A stretch of 64,000 bases of DNA. It comes from Bigelowiella natans CCMP2755 (lineage: Eukaryota; Protista; Cercozoa). Every line of letters begins with the position of its first letter. Within the stretch, counting starts at the first letter, position 1. The stretch is taken from the NCBI GenBank assembly GCA_000320545.1, contig ADNK01002660.1, positions 15,502 to 79,501 of the forward strand, in the 5' to 3' direction. Of this stretch, positions 25,601 through 38,290 are shown piece after piece. The notes below the pieces were generated by a model, which was given only the letters and a program-made list of their open reading frames with translations, was not told where the DNA came from and ran no database searches. The translations under genes and the position numbers were made by a program.

Positions 25601-25996
25601 ATCAACAAACTCCGCAGAGCTTTTGTCTAAGGTGTAGTTGTGCGGTGTGATGCTGTGCGCTGCGATGCATCCTGTTGTATCAATGCTGTTATCAATCACA
25701 TTGAATTCGAAATGTTCGTATTGTTCATGATGTCTATAACCGTAACTCTGAAATAGGCATAATAGAAATTCTCATGAGATATGTAACTTAAACTCATACA
25801 TCTAGACGTTTACGAATATGCGCATAAAGATATGTTGCCTATGATCACATGATTATGCATTCTGACTACACATCATCTACTCTGGCAAACCTCATTATAG
25901 TTTTTGATTAGAGTTTATCAGATATAAGCTGTTGCCCGTGTGCACTAAACTTATTTACTGTGTGCGATGCTAAGATGATTTTGACTGATTTGGCAT

Positions 25997-28900
25997 CTAC
26001 ACGTTATTTGAGGGATCTGTGTTCCCATTTGTAGCCGATGGTTTCACTGGAGCCCCTCCGTCATTAGTGTCTGATATCGGCGAGATTTTCGCATCATTTA
26101 CTTCTGGCTGTCCGTTCTGTGGAGCATCATCACCATCTTTACTAGTTTTTGTCTTATTTTCAACAAACACGGGCCTTTTCTCAGATGATTCCTTCGTTGC
26201 TTTGTTCATGTAATACTTTTTTCCTGAGGAATCTGTTAACATCATCCATCCAGGAGGAAGTTCAGTGTCCTGGTTTGAATTGACACGAGTCCCACGAACT
26301 CCTCTCCGTGCAGATGATTTAGGCTGTGTACCCGCACTTATCGAAGATGTTCTCTTAGCCTTTAGGAGCTGGATAGGCTCTGAGGCTTCACCAGTACTAG
26401 AAGGAGGTCTTTCGCCAATAACCGAACCATTGGGAGATCTAGTTTCTCTTGGAAGTCTCACAATCAGATCGGAGTCAGGCCCGTCAACAGGACCTTTTCC
26501 TTCATACTTCTCGTCCCATCTGAAACTTCCTACACTGACGACATCGTCTTCCTCACGTATCTGAGGATGGAAAATAGTTTTTCGGACAAATCCTTTGTCA
26601 AACTTCTCCAGATTCCTAGTCTTTTTGTGTGTGAACCAGATGTTTGTCTTGTCCATTCGAACAAAGCGATATGGCTTGAGACGTCCACGAATGAGTAAGT
26701 GATACACAGCTCCCTCGTCAAGTTCTTCCAAATGCACACGCCTAGGGAATCCTTGAGCTAAACCAGAAGATCTGCTTCCGTAGTCATCTGGCTGGTTGTT
26801 AGCTGGAAGAAGATTCTTACCGGCGATATTCATTCCGCTTTGTACATACTGGAACATGGAGTTCAACCTGGGTGCGTCGAACAGGGTATCAAATCTATAC
26901 TGGTGAAGAAAGAGTCTTGCGGTATAAGCCCACGCGGTGCGGTTATCCACGAGCGCGTTGTACGTCTTACCAGACCGTAAAAATCGTTCATACATATTAA
27001 CGATATCTTTTTTGAATGCATGGCATACAAAAATAGGGGCCTTTTCGTCAAGGTAGTAGTAGTAGCCATAGGTAACATACAGTGAGAAAGCAAACGCCAG
27101 TAGACCAGACCCCAAAGCAACCAGAGCTAACTCGCCAATAATGAATGGCGCTGCAAGAGTGCATATGAGAGCAGCGGCAGCTGTTGCAGACGCAATAATT
27201 CTTAACACGTTGATGACAAATTGCCAATTGAGAATAGTGTCGCAAGACTGTAGAGCGGACTGAATCATTGCTGGCCCGTCAAAGGAATGTAAGACCCTAC
27301 CAATGTAGGTTTTCAGTCCGTGAATACGCCCACCACATGCAACCGGCTTTGAGATGAAAGATTGTTGCTTGATCAAGAAAAATACGGCGATGATAACAGG
27401 GATAGGTCCCACGGCACCCGTAATAGTTGCAGGGACAGCCGGGTCAATTCCGTCTACGCCAGAGACATCCAAAATTGCTAAGATGAATTGAACAGTTCCC
27501 GTGACAGCAGCAATGAAACCTAATGTTCAAAATCAATAACATTAGCTTCATAAATTATATTATATTTGGGATACTATTGTTTGTTCTATTGCTAAGTATT
27601 TACTGACCTGCAACCATAATCAGAGTAACTTTATTCACTTCGATCGAGGCGTAGTAAAACTCTTCCAGATCCCGCACCTCTTTCTCGAAACTAAAGTCAT
27701 TTTTGGCGTATGCAAGAGCTTTGTTGATGTCCCTCAGTTTTTTAATGATTTTCTTAGTCCTCATAGCTAAGGTTTCACAGCCTAAAATTGCAGGAAGGAA
27801 CGTGCGGAAAAAAGCTAGGATCCGGAAGATGTAGTTGTTCCGAAATGAACGCCTCCGGCAAAGTCCGAACTTAACAAGTCCATCCTCTATGGCCAATTTT
27901 GCTTCTGGCTCCCACTCGTCCATCTCTTGTAACACTTCTTCTATGTCGGCTGCAAGTCCATCCGTTGTTTTTGGTGACTCCGTTGCGGCATCCCGGAAGC
28001 TCATGAGGGCTAGCGCTAATGATGTCATTGCATCTTTGGTGTAAGTGCGATCATGGTACTCTTTGCAAATGAGATCTTTGAGGAGAATCTTGATGACTTC
28101 TTCAGTCTTCATTACGAGCGATGCAGAACTATCTACCACATAGTTCTTAATACGTTTGAGCTCGGTCTTTCGTTCATTCTCGTGAACGCTGGTGAGGCTA
28201 GCTCGGCGGCGCAATCCACCGTTTCGACCAATCCTTAGACCTTGATCCCATATACTCTCAACCTTTTTCACGAATTTTCCGTCCAATGGACGATCGTGAA
28301 GGTTGCAAAGCTTCTGTACCTTCTCTAGGTGGGTTTTAATCTGCTGGATGAAAGGATCATTCTCGCTGATCCCATGAATTTCGTAGCTCTTACCTCTTTG
28401 AGCATGCAGAGCTTCCTTGAGAGGCAAGAGTTTTTCTTCCATGAAGTAGGCCTGGAAATCCTCATTTCTTCTTAAGTAACGAGATGCATTTGAGACAGAG
28501 GAGAACGCCAGGATAGGACCAACCAACTGAAAGGCCAATCCAACACCACTGATGAATGCTTCGCCGTCTGTGTCACTGCCTTGATCCGCTGCAGCAAGAC
28601 CGGCTGCTGTCAAAGACGCAGAAATTGTGAATCCATCGATAAAGGCCTGCACTTCCGGACTCTGGTTATCAGCGATTGAATCAAGAGGATTAAGTTGATT
28701 CTCTTGCTCCGTTGAGACGCGCTGCCCAGCATCTGCTTCGGTACGTGCAAAATCAATAATCGCGATGAAGGTCTTTTTAATGAACGAACGCTTCCACTTC
28801 AATCGATCACTTGAATCATCGAATGGGTTTTCGAATTTCATCTTAGTCATGAAGTTCTCCAACTCCTCGTTGAGAGTTCCGATCAGGGACTTTTGGTACA

Positions 28901-31900
28901 GAGTATTGTGCTCTAGTCTGCGGGGAATCAAGGCAGAAGCAAATTTCCGCATCCAGTCATAGTTAAAGATATCGACAGGATCAACCACTTTTTTTCCGTC
29001 ACATTTAGAAACATGGGAATACTCTTCAATCTTATGGAACAAATATTGCAGCCAAGGCTGGTATTTGAAGCCTGGGCGGAGAAACCCGTCTTGTCCATAT
29101 CCAAACCCTGTACCCCGTGTAACCACCTCCCCATTCGACCAGTTGATGTTGAATATGTAGCTTTCGTATCTTTCAATAAATGATGCACGATTGAGACCGG
29201 CTTCCGCAAAGTTATTGAGTTCCATCGCATTGATTGCCGCACCAGTTAGACCGCTGTACCGCATGAAGTGAGGAGTACTCTGGCCATCACCCACAGGCAC
29301 ATATACGACCCCCTGTTTCTTGTCAGCGATTCGCATTGCACCGGTATTCACATAATGTGCTACAGGGAATGTTGAAAATGCCACGCGAGACTCAGTCTTA
29401 CCGTCAGCACCCCGGGTGAAATCAGAAGCAACATAAACTTCCATACCACTGTCATTTATTTGGTATATTTTCCCTTCAAAGTCACGAACAATATAAGCGG
29501 AACGCAAGCACGGACAGTACCAACGTGGCTTTCCGCGGCTTAAGAGTTCGTAGCGTCCTGGCTCAAGGAGTAGTGGCGACGTTCCTTTTCTTTCCTCATC
29601 TGGAGATTCTTTAATATTGAAGGCTTCTCCCTTAACGAGTCGTCCAAGAGTTGTCGGTTTATGACAGTCAATGAGTGTGTAATTTGGAATCTTGTATTTG
29701 GCTCCAGGATTAAATACATCACCGGAGCCAAGCGCGTCAAAAGCACCCTGGAAGAACAATTTCGATGTGAAGCGATCGAGAGCTTTCTCAAAGCGTTGGG
29801 CATTTTTCTTTGCATCTTTTGACTCGGCAAGGTATCTGGAACTCAGGCTATCATATACGACATGTTGCCATATCTTGAACTCTCTGTTGACCTCCATTCC
29901 CAGGTAGGTATTATCTCCTGTCTCGAAAACACGAGCCTGTAGCGTTTCTCGCAAATAATTATCTGATTCGTTTTTGTACCGAACCAACTCATCAACCAGC
30001 TCTTCGTACATAGTAGAGAAGTCTTTGGTAGTGGAACCAAATTCCTCTTCAGCTGCAGCCCTCCAGTTTGCAGTTCTAGAATGGGTTAACATGTACTCTG
30101 CGATTTTCTCTACAGAAATAACTTTTGTAAAATCTCCTATAAGCCTAGTATTATCCTCAACGATAGATCTAATGTCATTCACAAGATGATTTTTCCATCG
30201 CTGGACACCCTGTAAAATCAACATCACATATACTTCAGATACACATTTGAACGCAGATATAAATTTACAAACCATTTGGTGCATCACGTGTGATACTTTA
30301 GCGCCGCTGAGACATGAAACTCCGTAATATTCCTTTGTTGTTACGGAGAAGTGATCTTTTGCGTTTGCTCCTTTTCCCGTCGCTATTACAAAATGGGTAT
30401 GTCGAAGATCTAAATAGAACATGTCTGCTTTGGTTGTTTCGCAGTGCACCATGGTGCTACTTTTCCCATCAAAGCATTCCAATTTGACTTTTAGAGCCTA
30501 ATGACAATTTTATATTAAGATATACTACGACAATAATTGTTCAAAACATGTTCAAATATTTTGGTAAAGACCTCTGGCCTCTTTGTTCTCTTGTAACCTT
30601 TATGCTCGATATCCTCAGTTTCAACGACGGTAGCGTATTCGAATTTTTTCTTTGTCGTCTTGTCGACGAAATCTAGGATTGTATCTCCAACCTTCAATTG
30701 GTGACCTCGAGTTGTTCCTCTATGCTTTGCCCAATCATAGTCAACGGAAGATTCTGTATGATACCGCAAAAGCTCAGCAGAACGACGCATTGCGACTCCC
30801 CATTGCATCATATCCTCTAAAGTCTTTGTTGTGAGCTCCACAAATCCTTGGTCAATAAGGAAATTACTAGAATGTGCCATTGTCTCCCCATCAAGCTGGA
30901 CAAAAATATCTTCAAAGCGTGTACCAAGATGATACCGAAGCATGGCAATCCAACGTGGATCAAGACGTACGACTTGGGCGCGTGAGAACGCACTGGCTCC
31001 ATCTCCCAAAGCTCCACGTTTCTCAGAAACTGTGACAGTTCCGCCACTGCTGATAGCGCTACCCAAAACATGAAGGGCTGACAGTAAACCGGTTGGTCCA
31101 CCTCCTACGATAAGGTAATGTTCAGGTCTCATGTCAAAGATTCCTCTTTCTTTTAGTCCCACTATTTCATCCTTATCGATATCACTTGGTTTAAACAAAG
31201 ATGTTTTTCTTGTTAGAAGATTGTAGTGATATTCTTTATTTTCGTCATCCTTCAGCTTGACCCACCCCTCTGGGAGCTTGCCATCGTCATCGGATGTTTC
31301 CCATGGGAAGCTATGCTGCTGCCCATCATTGGCTTCAAATTGGCATGTGTCCGTGTTTTCATCGTATCCTTTAAACTTGAATTCTTCATCTCTCCCATGT
31401 GGATAGAATCGTTTCAACCAATAGGTTTTCCCAATCTCAAGATCTTTTGCATTCTGAACACGTTGGGAACCCCGGAGTGCTAACAAGTTTCGAATTTTAC
31501 TTTCATCAATCTCAGTTGCCTGCAACTGCGATACAACTTGAAGATCTCTCAAAGGCTTTCTCAGCTTCGCATGATCCAGGAACGCATTTAATCCAAAGAC
31601 TTTGAGATGTTTCAATTCAAATTCCAACCAAGCCTTTTGAGCGGCTGCTATTTTTGCTGCAACGGGTTCCTTCTTTTTTTTCTCGAGTTTCTGAATCTCT
31701 TCGTTAAATCGGTAACGAAAGATCTCTCGTTTAAGGAGGGACCTCACACGTTTGTTTGTGAAAGCAAAAATACTCCTGCTCTTTGGATTCGGTATCTTCT
31801 TCTCTACAAATTCGATGAACGTTCTCTTATCCTTTGGAAGTAACTTGTCCAAAGCACTTTCAATCATTCGACTGTTCAGTCCCTCGTGCTTAAATTCTTT

Positions 31901-33619
31901 TGGGTTCTCTATATACCTCGGAATAAGCTCCTTGAATTGTGAGTCTGTAGGGTATTTCCACTCAATGTTTTCTATCACAGAAATTCCGAGCTTGATTCCT
32001 GATCTGACAGAGCAGATGAGCTTGATGACCTCTTTCGACTCTTCTTCCAAACGGTTTACACTTTCGAGGACCAACGAAATCCACGCAGTCAAAGGGTTAG
32101 TTCGGGATGGAACTCCGGCGCACACGTGCTTCATGAGATTGTGTTGGAAATCGTTAATTAATATCTTCAGATGGGCAAAACCATCTCGAGGTTCAAGTAA
32201 CTCGCATCTCTTGATGAATGGAGCTAAATCAGCCTTATCTTTCACGTTAATCCCTCGTAAGGCAACAAGCTGAGTTAAAATGGCTGGAAGAGCAACTCTC
32301 ATCGCATTGATTGGATCTAATAGTTCCTGACGCTGGTGTGCAAAGTCTCCCGATTTATTATTAAGAAGGAATTGCCAATGTTTGACTACTGCCCGCATCG
32401 CATGCTCAAACCCATTGTCAGTAATTGTCAACGCAGGATTCCCAAAAAACGCGCGGATTATAGTTTCGTCTGTAGGGAGACGATTTGCATTGCGAAATTG
32501 TTGGGTCTTAATTCGACCAATGTGGGTCCCGTGCTGGGCCCTAAACACGGATTCAAGCTGGTTAGCGGGGGCAAGGTTCTGAGCTGCAGCTTTTCCATCG
32601 ACTGTCAATTCCTGTCGATCTCCAGTGAGGTATCGCGTATACCATCGCCCTTCACCCAACAGACTGCGGAAAAGAAGATTCAAGACGTTGCCAAATGTTG
32701 CCGCCTGGATTTCTGTTGCTGGAAAATCGCCAAGGAAGTCCAGAATACGGATCCACTCCATACGTGTTGAGTTATGCCAGAGAATATCAAATATTGGCAG
32801 CGCTTGGACAATGATGCGTCCTACATTCTTGTTTTTAAAGGCCTGCTCCATGTGAAACGCTATATTTTCGTCATCCTCTAGAGATCCCATGAAACGATCA
32901 AGCAAGTATGCTTCAACAGGCATTAGTGAGGGCACGCTGACTTGTAAAGCTCTGGTCAAACGGAATCTATTTGTAGGGTCAGATCTTATTCGAATGACTG
33001 CTTGAATGAGATCTCGCCACATCCTGCTACCCCATTTTAACTTCTCCGGATTTTCCTTCGGGTTTAGGTCGTACGATTTCTGAGTAGACGACAATTACCT
33101 TCAGAAAGAATGAATACAAGTATTTGTGCGGGTATTACCACATGTAGGTGTATTGAGATCCGAAGGATTATATAGGTCAGAACGCAAAAACCAAAAAGTC
33201 CAGCTACTACAGCCACAGCTACTACGTTCAAATTTTGATCCTAATCACGAAATAGTCATTTCACTTTGATCCCAAACGCTACCGAACTTTGCTTACCGCC
33301 CCAAGAGCTATGAGAGCAATTCCTAGAACAAAAATAGGAAGCCAGAGGAAGCAAGCCCTATTTCGCAACGTGCGGACATAATTTCGGGCAGCAGTATGGT
33401 AAGCATCCGTTCTCTTTGTGATAGGAACGTCGTCCTAAAAATCGAATGTAGTTCATCTGTTAATTTAATAGTGTTCGTCATTATCCTCAAAATAATGTAC
33501 CCATCCATCGATGCCGATTACGTGATCTGAGTGCTTTTAAAAGAGAAGGGAATTAAGATATAATAAAATTGATGAGAAACGATTTGTACCTCTGCACCCT
33601 TCAACTCTGTGGTCGACAT
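25997..33619 (-). CDS. ~2,400-aa membrane protein with a MICAL-like FAD-dependent monooxygenase domain and two WW domains
   Basis: Four short 5' exons (MSTTELKGAE..., two hydrophobic helices) splice in phase to three long exons (33079-30572, 30497-~27609, ~27519-25997). Rossmann motif YLIVGGGPTGLLSA, EKR...FSRAQVVRLDPRWIAMLR, HFVIATGKG, GD motif VGDGQSTPHFMRYSGLTGA. WW domains LPEGWVKLKDDENKEYHYN and LPPGWMMLTDSSGKKYYMN. Several C-terminal hydrophobic helices. Confidence 0.85.
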
Positions 33620-34579
33620 AAGAAAGGTCTGCGTAGAATTACGAATCAATTAATCTGCCATAGAAAACTAAGTATAGAAACCCTTTAAGTGTCTGTACCT
33701 TACACTACAGCTTGGTGGTATAGCCGGTCTCGTGTCTCGTGCGCGGTGGAGCGTGTATGTGGAAGTGCGTGCTTACGATGGCGGGATTCGTTTTGAAGTT
33801 TGGGAGCTGGGGTTCGGAGTTGACACTTTCAGATTCAAGGAACATCAACGAACTTCATCTATTTTTTAATCTCACCATTGGTAATTCGTCTGAGACAACA
33901 AAAGCTTCTGTCGCAGGAGGGAGACACTACGGCGATGTACCTCATTAGAAAGCGTCCGTCTCAGAACAAAATGTTCTCTAAACTTTACAATAATTTGCAA
34001 ACTGGATGATCATTTTAAACAACGACAATCATTTCCTCGGGTTCTCAAGAATATTTCAGGATGAACAATGATGCAAATGCGTCTGTTTAGTTTTCGTTGT
34101 GTTTTACATTGCCTTTATCGCTCGGGGGTACTTTGTGCTGTGTGCAAGAGGGTATCTCGAAGATTGTTCTCATTGCAATACTGACGTTTTCCGTTTGTCG
34201 TAGTAAACTTTTGGTGGTTAAATTCGTACAAATTGAGCGTTTTTTTCGCATTGAGTGACACGTAGTCTCAGTTGCACGATTCTTCCGGAGGAAGTATCTG
34301 TACAAGCTAAACACAGCATTAAAGATGTAACAACGACAAGTAAATTTGGTCGTCGCGTTGGGAAAAAATGACATTGGCAGCACAATCATGCAACTCTCAC
34401 TTTCTACGCAATGCAATTTTGTGCAATTACACAAGATTTTCCAGCCGGAACATGACACGCGTGACACCCAGTTGAGCAACCACTGTCCGACCGACGCTTT
34501 GACCCGGAAACATCGAAGAAAATTCTAAAATGTCTTCCGAATTTTGCTGCATTGCCATTTTCGCCCTTCATTTGTTGTA

Positions 34580-36350
34580 CTTCGTCGAGTCTGAACAAAA
34601 ATCGCACGATGACATTGATCGTTTTGTCAATTCAGTTTCAACTGCACAATTGGGATTGATTCATTCCTAGCTGAATCAACCATTCGTTCAATCACTTCTT
34701 TCAGCGACAAGTGTCATTTTGATGAGAAACACACGGCAATTTTCATCATCGACAAATGACATCCTCGAATCGCACTTGTGCGGTGGGGCACCTTTGCTAG
34801 CTTTGGAATTGCTTGCGCCACGCACAACAATCGCTCATGATTGTCATGCAACGTGTTGCACACATTGCACGTTGCATGGACATCACATTGCTGTGTCCAT
34901 CGTGCTTCGTTTGTCAGGTTCGTTTTGTCATTCGATCATTCAACCAAGTTCTTGAAGTCCCGCGTCAGCACGTCCAAAGATCCTTTCAGCCGCACCACAC
35001 ACACACCTGTCTGTAGCGCGTACCACTACGCGGGCACAAGTCACGTGCGACAACAAAGGGGTTGTCGCGGATATAGAATATAGATAACGTAGATATTAAT
35101 ACAGCATAGGCACGTGGGTTCCGGCGGGACTCATGGCAGCACACCGGAAGTGTGCTGCCCCACGTGCGGCGGCATTCGCGAAAGCTTCGCGAATGATTAC
35201 GCAGTGCACGATTTAATAAAAATATAATCTTTAATAAAAATAAACACAACTCTTCAAAAGGAAGCAAACGTGCCTTTCCCCCCCCCTGCCTACTTGTGCA
35301 CGTAGCGCCTCGGCCTGTGAACACCTTACGCGCAACAACCTTTGGCTTCCACACACGGGAAACGATTTGACTAACAATGTCACATTGCTGTGTCTGTCAT
35401 GAGTCATGTGATGCGACACACACAATGCACGTCGTGTCACTGTGTCCATCATCCGCACAGCTGCACACATGGACAGACACACACCACGTGCACGCACGAC
35501 ACAGACGGCGGCAGCCCGTCGTCTCGACCTTGCTTGTAGCTTGCTAGCTTGTTGTTTCGATCGTTCGAGGTCGTGAGGCAGCACGTCGTCTCGACCTTGT
35601 TCATTGCTATTTCGATCGTTCGAGACTTGTCACGCTGGCACGTTGCAACCAACCCCTTTCAGCCTTCTAGCTAGCCTTGCTAGCTTGTCTCCAGATTTGG
35701 CCATGCCAGCGTGGAACACAAACCGGTCCAGTCATTTGTCGCAATCCACCTCACTCTCAAGCTCTTGCTCTGTCTAGCTGTGCTCGCTGCTGATGCGATC
35801 CCGCTCAATGCAAGCTAGCAAGCAGCAAGCCCGCCAGCCCGGGTGCGCTAGCGCACCAAGCAGACAAGCTAGCAAGACCGCTCTTGTGCTAGCTGGACCA
35901 CCAGCCAGCCAAGCTAGCTAGCAAGTTGGCAAGACTGGCGGAAGACTAGAAGACATTCTAGCATTGTTGCAGGAGGATCGATCTTCAGCCGAAAATTAAC
36001 GTCGCGTGAAAATCAACAAGAGGCACCACACTTGCACTGCTAGACTGCAACGCACATGCTGTGTCCATCATTTCACCGTGCTGCGGAATGCTAGAATGTC
36101 TACATTTGATCAATGCTAGATTGATGTCACTAGCTGCGCCGGCTGCGACAACGGTCTTCAACCACATGCACAACCCAAAAAATGCGAAACGACCAGTGAC
36201 TGTCAAATGTTTTGTGTTTTGACGTAATTGAAGGTTTGTGGCAGACACTGACATGGCAATCATTGCATGCTAGCAAGTGCGAGAAGAAATGATTCCAGTT
36301 TTTCATCAAACTGTGGGCTTTTGACATGCACAGAGTTGTGATCACTCGTG
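34580..36350. repeat. TpA-depleted, CTAG-rich intergenic block interrupted by a TpA-normal island
   Basis: 34580-35013 has two TA, both in CTAG. 35611-35995 has about 12 TA, all in CTAG. Confidence 0.9.
35013..35336. other. Multi-hairpin element (candidate structured ncRNA or small non-autonomous mobile element)
   Basis: Perfect stems: 35047-54/35061-68, 35135-44/35150-59, 35173-82/35186-95, 35110-17/35160-67 and 35034-41/35292-99. Terminal inverted repeat with 9/10 match at 35013-22/35327-36. Confidence 0.6.
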
Positions 36351-36482
36351 TGCGTATGTACACAAATTCTGGGTTGTAAGAGTCTAATGTGTAGACATGG
36401 CACTCACTAGTTCCCTTCTAATTTTACTTTCCTTTCCCACAATTTTCTTCAGGCCATTTATTTCTTAACGACGGTCTAGAAC

Positions 36483-38290
36483 TTATATCTGAGTCTTGCT
36501 CTCAATTTCGGAAGATTTTTTAACTGAGGTTCCAAGGTAGGTTCCATCTCCACCAGGGAATATTGGGAGGAGCCACATCCATCTGAATTGTAGGTACTGT
36601 TAGCATCACTATGCAGTCTTTCACACGGATCAGTGAGTGGAATGTCAAAAATCTAATGCACGTTGATGTCATACTGTGTTGCGGGTCTGTGTTATATGAT
36701 ATATCTCCATCATTACGGTGGGCCGAAGATTTGAATGAAGTTGTTCCAGTAGCCGTTGTCAAACTTGGCGTGAGCCACGTTGAAACGATGCACAATAAAT
36801 GGATCAGTATTGTTCTTCTTCTCACGAAGCTCAATTGTAGTCATGTTGTTCAGAGTAAGCTGAAGAAAGAAAACAATAAGATCAGATAATCATTTATTTC
36901 AAGCTCCTCAATCATTCCTACCCTAATTTCTCTTTCATAATATAAATATGGCTGTGGTATGACTATGTCTCGGCACTTACGTTCATGTGGAAGGTGAAGA
37001 ACATGCACAAAGCGATGAACAGGAACAAACATAGAAGGTAGACAATCAGGACGAGAAGGTCTTTCAGGAGGAAAACTGTGGTGTCCATCTGGGAACGAAC
37101 AACGGCAAAAACAGCAATTAGCCGTGTACTAACCATGATATATGTATAAACAAACGAATCGTACTAAGTTTTAACACCTCTCTACACACTCGCGCATATC
37201 TCTAATCGCATTTGAATACTTACAATGGGGCGGAACGCGTAAACAAGACGACGAGCCATTCCTCCAAGAATAAATCCCAGGCATGCAATAGCATAAAATA
37301 GTAGCAAGAGGAAAGTCTTGTAGTTACGATGGCCAACACAATTGCGGATCCACGGACCTGATATTGTTAAAATTACTTCAAATACTGATATTCATCTTCA
37401 GAATTCCTAAATCCGACTGATATTTAGACTAAAATTCAGCTCAGTTTTGTTCTTACAGTGGTGATCCATCCTGAGAATGCAGCGGTCGCAGATACGGCAA
37501 TGGTGGGTACGGTCAGGTTTGTAGAGGTTGCAGGCAGAGCAGTGGCGATAGTAACCATACTGCTTTTTCCGTTCCAAAATAACTATCGACTTCAGCCAGG
37601 CAATGACTCGGGACTGCGAAGTAGCATAAAATTAGTTTTAAATTTACGTATCACGTTTGTAATTCAGGAACTCAAGCCAACCCCATATAAACTTTCGCCA
37701 ACTCCATTCCATCCTATCTAACCCAAAAAATTGAAACGCGCGTCAGATGTTCAGACATACGTTATTTAGGTCTGCTTTAGTGTCTTGAATAATCTCTTTC
37801 ACACGGTTGTCGTCTTCGTCTTTAATCTCGAAATCTCCATCGACCCATCTCTGCATGTTGCAAAGTGTAAATGGAAGAGCAAATTAGAGGAATCGCTAAT
37901 TAACCGGCTGATGTTTGTTTTGCACCAATTCGAAGAAGATACCGAAATAGCCGAGGAAATGAATACGTCATGCATCATATCACATCAAAAATACAAGCTC
38001 CAAACGCCACCACCGTATGAAAAAATGACCTTTCTATCCGCGGACGTTTCCCGAGGGATGTAGCCAGGACTCGATGTTGACGCCAAAATGAAGCAGGTGA
38101 TCAGCATTCCAAACATGACATGGAAGGAAACCAGTACGCCATAGAGTTCGGGTTCCGATGGTGTGTAAAAATATTGGCCATCACTATCCCCATTAACTGC
38201 TTTCACTTGCGGGATGAGGTTGAACGCCAGGAAAGTCGTGTAGACAGTCGTGATTAAAATCACGACAAAAGCCGGGTAGATGTATGACAT
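36483..38290 (-). CDS. DHHC-type protein S-palmitoyltransferase
   Basis: [31 protein letters not shown] (~37456-37555) spliced to [22 protein letters not shown]-terminal TM pair ending in SPGYIP, TTIE motif, NFIQIFG and WLLP...GDG C-terminal motifs. Confidence 0.95.

Noticed and set aside
33080-33098. Apparent 19-nt GT..AG mini-intron (nucleomorph-like) on the minus strand
   Set aside because: An upstream donor at ~33138 gives an ordinary ~59-nt intron that joins the TM exon in phase.
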